From: Zygnema circumcarinatum SAG 698-1b | Taxonomy: Eukaryota; Plantae; Zygnematophyceae | Reading direction: 5' to 3' | DNA: 64,000 nucleotides | Assembly: GCA_037447605.1 (NCBI GenBank) | Contig: CM074807.1 | Coordinates: 2,114,674-2,178,673 of the forward strand | Shown here: piece by piece, positions 1 to 11,572 of the stretch | Layout: each line of letters begins with the position of its first letter | Position numbering within the stretch: position 1 is the first letter of the stretch | Made by a program: the position numbers and the translations under genes | Notes under the pieces: model-generated | The model's input: the letters and a program-made list of their open reading frames with translations, nothing else | What the model was told of the DNA's origin: nothing | The model's database searches: none

Positions 1-580
1 GGGCAAAGTCTAACCCGCTCTATTAATGGTCAACCAGATGATGCCCAGTTTTAGAGCGACTCTTCTCAAGAATGTTGCGGTGCACTTCGTTTATTTTTTT
101 ATTTTTTTATTTTTTTTATTTTTTTGTTTCAAACACTGCCTCAAACATCGAACAAAGCTTGCACTCCATATTCTCAACCTGCTCCCACAGCCAGAAGCTG
201 TGGATCGTGGCCCGTGTGAAAAGCAACGTGCTCAGTGAAAGGTAGCCTTCTCCTCTCTTTGTTCTCGTTGCCTTTCAAGACATATAGCATATAAGGAAAT
301 GCAGATCACACCACAATGACACCCTCGTCACGCACTGCTCTTACAGCCATACAAGTAGATGGTGCGTTACACAAAAGACCCACACGGTTGATTCCTGTCA
401 CCCCTCATGTAAATGAGCCCGCGCTCTTCATGCATTGCCACTGAAAATGATAACGAGCTAAAACATTATAGCAAGGGGGCTCCGCAAGTCTTCGTAAATG
501 CAAGGCATTTTGCTGCTTTTATACTTTGTAAATTATTTTTCAGTCAGTCCCGATAGCGAAATTCCAATCTTTCAACTTCC

Positions 581-973
581 TCAGTCTCGGTTAGAAGGCT
601 TTGACGACATTCCGGTCTGCTCAGCCATATTCTCCGCCTCCTTCTGAAAAGCATCCTTGGTTTGGACCCCCAGTTCAAGGAGTTCCGCCGGTGTCTGCCG
701 AATCTTCTGCTTAGTTTCCTCTGCCGTGCCTTCTGCGGTGTGCCTCTCCTCAGCAGCCTGTCCCGCAACCGCTTCAGCTACCTTCCCTGCATCGCGACGC
801 AACGACTTGCCCAGCTCCACTCCAACGTCTTTTAATTGGGTGGCAGTATCCATGGCTGTGTCCGCCTGCTCCATGGCGGCCGATGCCACCTTCCCCGCAT
901 CCCGCTGAACAGCTTTGACGGCCTCCTTGCCAACTTCCCCAAGCTCTTTTGCCGTCTCCTTCACCTTATCCAT
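581..973 (-). CDS. Small LEA-like/hydrophilin protein (130 aa from ATG 973; upstream exons possible)
   Basis: MDKVKETAKELGEVGKEAVKAVQRDAGKVASAA...LKDVGVELGKSLRRDAGKVAEAVA...: A/E/K/Q-rich, no Cys or Trp, internal repeat (RDAGKVA twice), amphipathic-helix pattern. The upstream part of ORF 581..1315 looks intronic. A donor-like GTAAG at ~1844 suggests 5' exons. Confidence 0.65.
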   Translation of the reverse strand: MDKVKETAKELGEVGKEAVKAVQRDAGKVASAAMEQADTAMDTATQLKDVGVELGKSLRRDAGKVAEAVAGQAAEERHTAEGTAEETKQKIRQTPAELLELGVQTKDAFQKEAENMAEQTGMSSKPSNRD

Positions 974-1917
974 TCGATCTCCTGCCAGCGAACGCTTCCC
1001 CAGAGGCTCAGCTTTCAGATTCAGGAAACTGATCCACATCCAATTGTCCACAGTTTCAGTTCCAATACGATCAATGAGCACACGACGGTATGGATCATTA
1101 GAGTCGAGGTAAAGATAAGAACTGAAGAAAAAGTCTGAAGAGGGGATGCGAAAAAAGTGAAAGTGCACGCATGAGAGCCAACGAGAATAATGGAGACAGC
1201 ACACAAATCCCATTAAAACAATACCATCAGAAAAAAACAAAACCAGTGGAAAGCATGGCGACATACCCCACGATTCTGATTGGGAGGGACTGTTGCTCTG
1301 CCCGACGCTCTCCAATAGCGGGGTGGAACCAGCCTGCCCACCAAGCGGTCAACGCACTCGCCAGATGATTCGAAACATTCAACATACAGCTTGAATGCAA
1401 CCAAGATGTAAAAAAAGGAAAAGACAAGACCAGCAAAGAAAACCTTTTTACAAACCCCTTAAATCATCCTTCCGATTTCTTGGATAGCATCCAGACAGAT
1501 AAAAATATGTGTATAGATATTTCTTTCTTTTTATCTTGACTCCTTTCTAGAAAAAAAAATTATCTTCTGCAATTTGTTTTTTTTTTCATTTCTTAAGAGG
1601 AGGCCAAAAATTGGTCTCCAGGAGGGAAACTGAATTCGTCATCGTGTACTCTTGAAACTCCCGCATCCTCTGTAGAAACGTCAAGTAATCAGCGCCGTCC
1701 ATGATGCCGCAGTCTTTTCTCTTCTTTCTGCCGTTCCGAGAAGCAGCGCTAGGTCTTGCAACTGGAAAAACTAAACACAAGCAGACAATTTTTTCATCAA
1801 AAAGTCTTGCCTTCCTGCCTGGGAACTTAACTCCGTTGCCTTACCCTAAAAAACCCGCGGCATAGCGCCGGCCCGGCCGTCCTCTCCCAAGCCCGCAAGC
1901 TCCTTCCTGCCTCCATG

Positions 1918-2301
1918 GCCACGTAGAGCGCCTGCTTCTGTTGGCCCATAGTCCGTGCAAGAGCCTCCCTTGAAGCGCGGTGGAGGACGCCTCTGGAAGC
2001 CATGGCAGGCAGGCACTGCGACCAAGCTGCAAGCAAGCGCCGGGAGTCTCCCCCTTCCCTTCATACCGCCCAGAGCGAGGGCGGGCGGGCGTGCCACGTG
2101 GGCGCTGGCTTTCGCCGACACGCTGCGCCTCTGCAACGTGGCATGCGCGGCGGCGCTCCACGTGTACTGGACACTTGGCGGACCAGCGAGGGGGGCCGTT
2201 CACACGCGAGCCTGTTCACACGGCGAGGGCGAGGGCGGGCCCGAGCGCAGGTCGGCGCAGGGCACGGCACTGGAAACCCTCCACGTGGCAGTCTGACGTG
2301 G
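1918..2301. promoter_or_regulatory. G-box/ABRE cluster in a GC island upstream of the minus-strand LEA-like gene
   Basis: CACGTG at 2095, 2159 and 2282; ACGTGG-type variants at 1918-1924 (minus), 2135-2142 and 2295-2301. Confidence 0.6.
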
Positions 2302-2411
2302 AAGGATCGTCTCGCGGGGGTCGTCCCCGTATACGGAAAGTTCTATTTACAGTCATTTTTTTTTTCTGAAAACAGTCACTTTTTCGCCGGGAAGTTTTTA
2401 CAAAGGATTTT

Positions 2412-2790
2412 TTATCGAAAAAATCCCGTTTGTAAACGTTCATCTGACCTTAATGGGGAATCATTGTCGGCCTTCTCATCCCATGCATCCCCAAGATCGG
2501 CAAGCATGTTGTGAAGAATGAAACAAATGCGCACCCATTCAGTGACTCGTTTTTTATCACTGGGCCCACGTAGTTGTACTAACAGCACCTTCAAAGAAAA
2601 GAATCGTCCTTTTGCAATTCCTATATAATAGGGCGTGTCAGACTGAAAAAAATTCTCGTAATACTAAAAACTCGATATTCGTAACATTTTGTTAAGTCTG
2701 ACACGCCCTAATAATGCTCGTTGAACCCGTGTTTTGGCAATGCAGAAATTGAATTCTGTCATCATACAATCATGTCGCGCCAGGTGTTGC
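2412..2790 (-). mobile_element. Degenerate PIF/Harbinger transposase (DDE_Tnp_4-like) C-terminal remnant
   Basis: Minus strand reads FNFCIAKTRV..EH / [MITE insertion] / IGIAKGRFFSLKVLLVQLR...VRICFILHNML. This matches the Harbinger pattern FN...R..vEh.iG.lK.RF..L...C.iLHN. It is frameshifted and interrupted. Confidence 0.7.
2631..2708. mobile_element. 78-bp MITE nested in the transposase remnant
   Basis: Perfect 14-bp TIRs GGGCGTGTCAGACT (2631-2644) and AGTCTGACACGCCC (2695-2708), AT-rich interior. TAATA flanks both sides (or AAT if the TIR is extended by 1 bp). Confidence 0.8.
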
Positions 2791-2977
2791 GCCCTTATAC
2801 TTTGTAAACGCGCACCCTTCGTACTGTATGTATGGGGCCCGTACGGTAAGGATGTGACTGGACGCGGGCGTTGCAGGAGATGCAGTTCCGCGTCCTGTCT
2901 TGGAATGGAGGGCCATAGCCATGGGCTCCTGCTGCTGCTGGTCGTAAAGGGGAGCTGCGAGCAAGTCTCGCACGGCC

Positions 2978-5900
2978 ATGGAGCCCGTCGAGCTTTTCGT
3001 CGCCAACATACCATATCATGCGACTGCGAGAGAAGTCGCGCATTGTCTGGAGGCTGTGGCAGGCGGCTGCGTCAGAAAATGCGAAGTCCAATGCAAGGTG
3101 GTTGGGCAGCTGCCGAGCTCGAAAGGATTTGCATTCGTGACGGTGGAGAATCAGTATAATGCTGAAACTATCTGCATACGTTCTTCTCGGGGAACGCTCA
3201 CATTGCAGGGACGTCAGCTGAAGGCGAAGATGAGCAAAAGAAAGGTGAAACAACAGCCAACTTATTCGCAGATAGAATTGCAGGATATGACGCTGATTGT
3301 TGGAAACATGAAGGATGAAAACCAGCTCAAGCCTTTGTTCCAAGCTGGCAGCGTTGGGATGGAGGTTACGTTTGAGACTCGGACTGTCTCTCTGTACTTG
3401 AGGCCAGACCGAAGCCAGCATCAAGCGATAAAAGAGCGCAGAGAGTATAAATTCAGCATCAAGTTTAGAAACATTGAGAATGTGCAGACAGTGGCGTCGC
3501 CCAGAGGATCGTCGATGCAAAGGAGAAGGCCGAAGGCGATCCTCTTTCGCGTGTATCAGCCCGCTCATGTATATTATCGTCAACTGGAATCTGGTGAAAG
3601 AGATGGCTCGACTCAAACCATTGATGCAACCAAGACCAGTGGCGGGTTTGAGATGAACGAGCTGTCAAAGCTTTTGAAAGATTTTTTCAACCAGGAGAAC
3701 GAGAATCTGGAGCTTCCGATGCAGGATACTCTTCCTGATGATCCATTCCTCTACAATGCAGCTGATTATGGAAAGGTATGGACGAGAGGAACTGACTTTA
3801 CTGATGGCCAGGCTCTTGGGCGTAGCTTCTACTACTACGTTTCACTGGAATCAAACAGCTCTGCGGAGGACATCAACGCACTTACTGAGATCATGGATAA
3901 GCTTGTGGATTACAAGCTTGCAGACGATCCACCAACATTTATGAATTTAGAAGTACTGCCATTTCATCGCGATGGGGCCAGCTCGAAATATGCGGCTGGG
4001 ATAAGCCTCATTCAGCATGCAGGTCTCCCTGCAGACTTCGTCAAAGTGCCGTACCGTGTCCTATTTAGTGTGCTGCAGCTTCTAGACTACGGTAAACTTA
4101 GTGAATTTGGCCTGACACCAGAGTTTGCACAATTACTGTGCGGGCTGCCAGAAGGAAAAGCTCTGGCAGCACTGAGTAACATGTGGGAGGAAGATGAGAT
4201 TTTTGAGCCTGCTGAAAGAATTCGAGAAGAGCTCAAATCACTTCCTGACTGTGGAAGGGCTCGCAGATTGCCAAAGGATCTAATGAATGTTCACCGCTTA
4301 TTGGTCACTCCTACTAGAGCCTGCTGCTTTGGACCAGAAGTAGATAGCTCGAACAGAGTGACAAGAAAATTTTCGCACATTACAGACAGTTTTTTGCGCG
4401 TCTCATTCGTTGACGAGGATTTTGACATCTTGCCGTCACAGGATCTCTCAGTGCCAGTTAAAAACCGGGCCCAAGCCTTGTCCAGTCAGAAGCGCTCTGA
4501 TGTTTACTTCCGCATCTTGAATATTCTCTCCAATGGTGTCAAAATTGGAAACAAGCATTTCAAATTTCTTGCATTTTCAACTTCTCAACTTCGTGAGCAG
4601 GTAAGTTTTCGATCCAGTTAGTGGTATGATGAAAGGGAGCTCAGATGAATTCCTGCAATTGATCATCATTGTATCTGCAACGCATCGTGTTGTGTGGCCT
4701 TCATGTAGATGGATAAATGCAGCGTGGTCGAGTTCCTGGGCTTATCAGTCTACGTAAAGCTGCTGTATCCCATTCTCAGCACATGTACCGTCTCGTATTT
4801 CTTATTGGATCCGCGTTTGCATACGGAATGTATCCACGTTTGCTGGTGATGACCATACTCATTTAACTGCAGAGGCTATTGATGCTCATTCCTCTTTCTT
4901 CCAGCCCATTTGAAGCTTTGTCAAGTGTGGCTGTATAGAGAATAGAACACGAAGTTGCTGAATGTCAGCCTTTGCAATGGCGCAAGCAGCACAACGACTG
5001 TGATGATCCACATTTTTCCAAACTACCGAACAATTTATTCTGTTATCCAACAGCCCCCTTTTGTGACGTGCTATGCAGTCCGTCTGGATGTTTGCTCCAA
5101 CAAACGATGTAACCCCGGCCAGTATTCGCGAGTGGATGGGAGACTTTACGAAAATTCGAAATGTTGCCAAGTTCGCCGCTCGCATGGGGCAATGCTTCTC
5201 TTCATCCAGAGCGACTCTTGAAGTACCTACCGGTGAAACGATGGTGATTCCCGATATTGAAATAACATTTGGCGGAACGAAGTACAACTTTTCAGATGGC
5301 ATCGGCACGATCAAGCAGGAATTTGCAAATGAGGTATGGAGAGCAATGGGAATGAGAGGGCCCGTCCCCTCTGCTTTCCAAACGCGATATGCCGGATCTA
5401 AGGGAGTGGTGGCCATTCATCCGCTCTCCCAAAGTAGGCTCTGCATCCGAAGGAGCATGCAAAAGTTTTCTTCCAACCATCGCGGTTTTGAGGTGCTTGA
5501 TTGGTCTCGCTTTCGACCAGGTTTCCTCAACCGCCAGATCATCACACTTCTTTCCACATTGGGCGTTCAAGATTCCGTGTTTATTCAGTTGCAGATTGCA
5601 ATGGTGAAAGAGTTAACTCTCATGCTGAAAGACCCTGCAACGGCAGTAAAAGTTCTCGAAGCAGAAAATTCAGGCGCGCATAAAACAGCATTGGAAATGC
5701 TGACAGCTGGATTTGATCCTGAGGAGCCCCACCTTCAAGCCATTTTGCGGGTAAGAGTTTTTCAAGATGCCACTGATCCTTTTAATGCTCTTTTGTTTGC
5801 AAACTATGCAAAGCAAGTGAAAGGCGTGGACTTTATTGTCTGCTGAGGCACCTCTTTCCCTTGATGCCCCTGTTGAACTATTTTCCTTTTCATGCTAGAA

Positions 5901-7702
5901 GCAAAAAACCACCAGCATCTGAAGTTTTTGTACTGTTTCAGGCCTTTCGGGCTGTTCGACTGCAGGAATTGAAAATGAAGGCGCGAATATTTGTTCCAAA
6001 AGCTCGTTGCCTAATGGGCTGCCTGGACGAGTTCGGTCACCTTCAATATGGCCAAGTCTTCCTTCAGGTGACGCGTGACCCACGAGCTGTCAGCCGATGG
6101 GATGACGGCCTTGTGTGGCCAAAACCTGCCAATGCGAAGCTCCCCAATGGCCAATCAAACCCCCTGACCGATGTGTCCAAGTACGTGATAAGGGGAAAAG
6201 TTGTGGTAGCAAAGTGCCCCTGCCTGCATCCGGGCGACGTACAGCTGTTGGAGGCAGTGGACGTTCCTGCTCTTCACCACATGGTGGACTGCCTCGTCTT
6301 TCCCCAGAATGGCGACAGGCAAGCGAAATCTTGACGTGCTTGTTGCTCCGTGCGACCAAACTGCAAGAGTAAAGTGTCAGCATGTTGACAGGACACAAAA
6401 AAGGGCATGCTGGATTGTATTTTTAGTATCGCAGGGTCTCAGCTGACTGAGGAGTTTGTTCAATGATAATCAAATGTGCTAACTTTTTTGAAAGGTGGAT
6501 ACGTTGTTGACTATTTGATGCGGACAGACCCCATCCAAATGAATGCTCTGGAAGCGATCTTGATGGCGACCTCTACTTCGTCTCCTGGGATGAAGGGCTT
6601 CTTCCGCTGAGAAACGTACGCGCTATGGACTATGATGCGGCAGAAGCCGTGCAGCTTGATCACCCAGTGCATGTTGAGGTAACACATTCCCTCAAATAGC
6701 TTTCACGTCTTTAAAGTTCCGGAGTTTACATGTTGAATGCAGCGAAATCTAACATTGTTTTCTTAAGGAATGACTCTCCCGATTGTCACTGGTAGAATTG
6801 ATGTGCACTCGCTGATGGTTATTTGCGTCAAGCTGCTTATATGAGCCGGACTTTTGTGTGGCTTCCATGCACAGGATATCGCAAAGTTCTTTGTTGATTT
6901 TATGATGAACAATACACTCGGAATCATCGCGAACGCCTGTGTAGTCCATGCAGATACGAGCCCTTTGAACGCAGCTGATCCTAAATGTCTTCAGCTCGCA
7001 CAGCTCTTTTCCATCGCCGTGGATTTTCCCAAAACTGGTATTCCGGCATTGATGCCAATGGAACTCCGCCCCAAGGAGTACCCAGACTTTATGGAAAAGG
7101 AGGACAAAGTCACCTATGTTTCGAAAAAAGTGTTGGGGCAACTTTATAGACACGTAGCGACTGATACTGAACTGCTGCCAAAGAAATTGTTCGAGTCTGA
7201 TGTGACATATGACTCAGACCTTGTGGTGGAGGGCTTCCGCGAACATGTGAATTTTGCACGTATGTGCAAGGAGTGGTATGATCACGACATAGTGGGACTC
7301 ATGAATCGGTACGGAATAAAGAGCGAGGCGGAACTGGTAACGGGGCACATTCTTCAATTTGGTCGATACTTCAAGCGAAGGCAGGGAGAGGCGAGAGATC
7401 AGATTGCCCGTGCTGTGGCTACAATCCGCAAGCAGATTCGTGCAGAGTTTGATGAAGGAGTAGAGATAACCAATGTCAGGCGTTTCTGGCCCATGGCCTC
7501 CGCATGGTATCATGTCACGTATTCAAATGAGTTCGCTGAAGCAGGAGGTAGAAAAGGCAAGGGGAAACAGAGGCTGATCTCTTTTCCATGGATCGTCTCA
7601 GATGTACTTGCAAGCATCAAAAGGGCTCGCAAGGCACAAGCTGATCGTTTGGCTGAAGATTCGTTGGAAAAATTGAACACAGAAGATGCTCTCCTTACAT
7701 AG
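2978..7702 (+). CDS. RDR: RNA-dependent RNA polymerase, RDR-alpha clade (RDR1/2/6-like; RDR1/2-like C-terminus) with N-terminal RRM
   Basis: Exons 2978-4600, 5079-5750, 5942-6318, 6528-6678, 6875-7702. Motifs: RRM (LFVANIP, KGFAFVTV), FLAFSTSQLRE, KFAARMGQCFSSS, FSDGIG, SAFQTRYAGSKGVV, KCPCLHPGD, catalytic RPHPNECSGSDLDGDLYFVSWD, AVDFPKTG, ASAWY, ISFPW. Intron 3 needs a GC donor. Confidence 0.97.
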
Positions 7703-8062
7703 AGGTCTTTTCAATAGCGAAATTGACTTTCCATCCGCAAGGTACCCTCATCCCGCTGTTTGCGACGTACAGGAGGGTTGGAGCATGGACCCATTTTGTG
7801 GCTCAAGCTGAGAGTGAAAGATGCACACTGGTAGTTGGTGGAGTAGAAGCACACTCTGTATATATCTCGTTCGTAGGGTTCACGACCTTCGTGAGGTAGC
7901 ACATGCACGGTAGCAGCCCCTAGTGGGGTCTTTGTACAGGTAGGTTTTGGCGACTTTGTGTAGGCCAGGCGCTAAGTAGATGCTGCGGCTGATCCACTAG
8001 GAGACACAGGATGAGCACTGTGTGGGAGGATGTCTGCCCGCTCTCTCTAATGCGAAATGGAA

Positions 8063-8127
8063 GTGGCATTTATCTCACGATGGCGAGGCCATCATATGTA
8101 CATGGGCAAAATCAGCATGGGGAATCA
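8063..8127 (-). repeat. Dispersed ~80-bp repeat, inverted and more diverged copy
   Basis: GTGGCATTTATCTCACGATGGCGAGGCCATCATATGTACATGGGCAAAATCAGCATGGGGAA is the reverse complement, with a few mismatches, of the copies at 12690-12769 and 50697-50772. Confidence 0.85.
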
Positions 8128-8687
8128 AAAATGTGGTTCTGTGTTTCTCTAATGTGTTTCTGTGTGCATGCCCCCATTTCCTCGTCTGACAGGATGCCTG
8201 TCTTTCATCGTACGTGAGAGAGCGAAGATCTCTACTCGACGCGATTGCTTGGCTGTGCTAATGAGCTGTCATTGTTCCGTTCCCGTTGACTGACCCAACG
8301 TGCTGATCTCTCTGACGCTCGACAAGACCATTTTAAGAATACTAACCACAGACGAGCAGAAAGAAGAATAAGACAAGAAGCAGTCAAAGAAGCGTTCCAC
8401 AGCAGCGCGTGGCACCTTACAAAGTACTCCAACCCGCCGTATCCCCCACACTGGAAATAAACGAACGTGCCACCTCAATCGACACTTTTTATTGACACCA
8501 AGGGGGTGTCACCCAAATATTCACACAAGTTGGAAGATGGAACAAGCGCTGCACTTCCATGCCGGCTCATCTGCTACTAAAATGCGTTTTAAAATTGATA
8601 TACATAGATACAGACTTATCAAAGATTGGCAGCTCTCTGGAAGCTGTAGTGTGGCAATCAACCACCCTTCGTGCGAACCTGCATTGT

Positions 8688-11150
8688 TTAAAGCCTTGCC
8701 CTGAGAGGGCCCGTCTGCTTCCTGGAAAGATGCGCTTCAATGGTACCGTGGGGTTCGCTCGTTGGCAAGTAGACATCATCGTTGAACTGAACACGCGACA
8801 CAGAAACACAAGGAACTCCTTAAAACTTTTTCAATCGCGCATGGACGTGGCTAAACTAATCAGACCAAGAACGAGCAAAAACTTGAACTAGTACCAAACG
8901 ATGCTCCAAGTCCTTCTTACACAGGAAACTTGTATGAGAAGGTGCCTTTGCGCAAGCAGTTTCAGCACATTGAAGATCCACTGACACGAGCCTACTGGCG
9001 TCATGCGGCAGCAAGCAGCCACTAAAACATCCAGGTGCAGGTCAACTTACTTTGACTCCAATAGCCGGCATATTCACGGGAATGAAGTGAAGATTGGGCA
9101 TGTTGAGGTATACCGACTCCACCTCCGGCACTCTGCATGCCTCCACTTGTGAACTCAGGCCAAAGTGTCTAAACTTTGTTTTGTCCGCCTATTCTAGTGC
9201 AACAATTCAGTATCAAACTGATACTGATACTGATACTGAATTCCACTCTGACAGGTTCACATACTCACTTTTCTAGAACGGCCTTGGCCATAAGATAAAG
9301 GGTATTCTGCACAGAAGGGCTGTATGTGCCACTAAGGGGTGGTCCAAAAAATGTGCCGGTAAGAACTGACTTCACTGTTTCAAAAGTGGCCGCATAGCAG
9401 CTCGGCTCGGAGCCATATCTGAATCACAAATAGCATTTCAATGAGAACAATTTCTGCGATTCTCTATTCTAGTAGGATCTGCCAGGAAGTGCCCAGCTGA
9501 CTCAGGGGTAAGGCTAGTTCAGCTCAGAAGCAAAATATTATCAGAACATACTGCAAAACGAATACCTCCAGGTGGCCAGTATAGACGACGCGACAATCCG
9601 CTCCCGTGTGTCAGGAAGAATGGTGTATGAATCTCGGATGAAGCCCTCAAAACCAGACTGCACATCCAGACGAGCTGACAGTAAGCTGAGACTATGCTTC
9701 AACTTTTAAAATAAAACCAAACAGTTATTTAATAAGGTATACTTGGTGAGCCCACATCTTGTTTAGCGAAGTTTCTATTATCATGAGAACATTATCACAC
9801 TGTGTGGCCGTAATAAGAGCCGGGTCACTAAACCTGTGTGGTCTTGAGGAGAGCCAGGTCCTTGATGCCTGCAGTGACTGTTTCAGTGCCTGCCTTATCG
9901 ACTTCAACCTCGACTGTGTGCATCTCCGTTCCTTGCTTGAAACCTGCAATGTCCCTCCCCCCTCAGAGAAACTTGACGAGAGGAGTGATATATGGACCTA
10001 GCTTACGCCGGACTTTCAAGACGCTAAATTGAGAAGAAGGCTTTCAGAGATGGCGGACTCCACGGAAGGTGAAGTAGAGTGACAAAGAAGAGCAGATCAG
10101 AAGTACACAGAGTCTGTGGAGGTATTAGGAAAGCCATTAATTCAAGGACACCATTTTCTGCTGGGGAGGACGGGAGCATTAAGGAGGCTCAATTCCATCA
10201 TGATTCCGCTAAATCAAACGCGCAACATAGAGAAACGCAAAAAAAACGGTTCTTTGCGTTGGTTATCAGCCACAATTCAAAGACCATGAAGAGGTGATTC
10301 TTTTGAATGAGAAATACCGTGGTTGTGAGGCAGGCCGCTGACAGTCTCCCGCTCCCATGGCTTTTCCACAATTGAAACTTTGGAACCAGTCACCTGCCAA
10401 AGAGGGAAGCAGAAGGACTGGGCTGCTTCAAATGCATAACCATTTTTGACACTTCTCGCGAGTGCTGGTGACGCAAACAACCTATTGCAAGTAACAAAGG
10501 GCAGCTCAGTATCAGGCCACTCACTACCGGATATGTCTTCAAGAAGTGTCTCCCGATTAAAAGAGCGAAAGACTCCATAGACAGCTTCTCCTTGCATTGT
10601 TGAGCGAGCACGTACACCTGCCCCCCCATGGATAAGAAGAGGGATCAATATGAGAAGGCGTACCTTAATTTGAACAATTCAGCAATGATATTAGGCCTCC
10701 CTTGAAGCATGAAAACCGACAGCACCATGTTCAGCGCACGAGAACATGAATTGTATAACTAGACAACCATTCTAACAATGCAAGCACAAAGCAATCGCAA
10801 GCGGACTGCTCTACACATACACTTGACCAAGAATGTTCAAACAAAGCTCCTTTTAATCGTACAGCAAGCTGATACTGCAAATATCATATTTACATTAAGC
10901 TTGAGGCCCTAAATTATGCAAGCGACTGGCAAACAAGGTTACTAAGCAGTACCGTGTTCTTTATAGTATCAGTGGCCACAATGTCGGAGTTGTCTCCAGC
11001 TGTAAAGGCGGACTCGCAGTTCGACATCAAGGAAATGTCGACATTCCATTCCACAATGTGATGCACATTGCCCTCCCGCCACACTCTCCCGACCCGCACT
11101 TTCGACTTCCCGTGCTGATGACGAACAATCGAAACGTCCGTCGCTGCCAT
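8688..11150 (-). CDS. UOX: Urate oxidase (uricase), peroxisomal
   Basis: 8 exons: MAATDV..HGKSKVRV..DNSDIVATDTIKNTV / YVLA / VEKPWER / LLKTTQ / SGFEGFIRDSYTILPDTRERI / YSPSVQNTLY / LNMPNLHF / DVYLPTSEPHGTIEA..ARL*. C-terminal ARL is a PTS1 signal. Confidence 0.96.
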
Positions 11151-11537
11151 GCCGCGAGAAGTTGTCCTGTGGAGAGGCAGCTTCAGCAGAACCAGCACCT
11201 CAGTCTCCTAACGTATGCAGCAGAAGCAGAGACAAAGGAAATGCTACAAGGAGAGGGGGGGCAGCTTTCTCCTTTAAGGAACAAAGGTGAGCATTGCAGC
11301 ACTCCTACTGTATGGGAAAAACAAAAAAACGCACTTTTTTGTCTGCCCGTACATTCTGGTCCGCCAACTTTAAATCATTTTCAAGCCCAGCCCCTCTCAC
11401 ATTGTCAGCCTCAAAATTTGTTTCCCTCGAAAACAAATAGCAATCCTAGTCCCCCTTGCCGCCGGCGGCGTAGGGCACCTCTGCGAGGGCGCTCTCGCGA
11501 GAGTCGCGTTAGCGATGCAGCAACGCGCGTGAGGCGT

Positions 11538-11547
11538 GCCACGTGGC
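11538..11547. promoter_or_regulatory. Perfect palindromic G-box GCCACGTGGC in the uricase/CPDase divergent intergenic region
   Basis: Read directly in the ~420-bp head-to-head spacer. Confidence 0.45.
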
Positions 11548-11572
11548 GCCCTCCTGACAGCCCAAGCCGGCC

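Noticed and set aside
974-1315. N-terminal 114 aa of ORF 581..1315
   Set aside because: F/S/C-rich translation of T-rich, intron-like sequence, unlike the LEA part.
1827-2514. Overlapping ORFs in GC islands (also near 11400-11950, 35240-35830 and 38450-39960)
   Set aside because: Expected from stop-codon scarcity in GC-rich DNA. R/A/P/G-rich with no motifs, apart from the real first exons listed.
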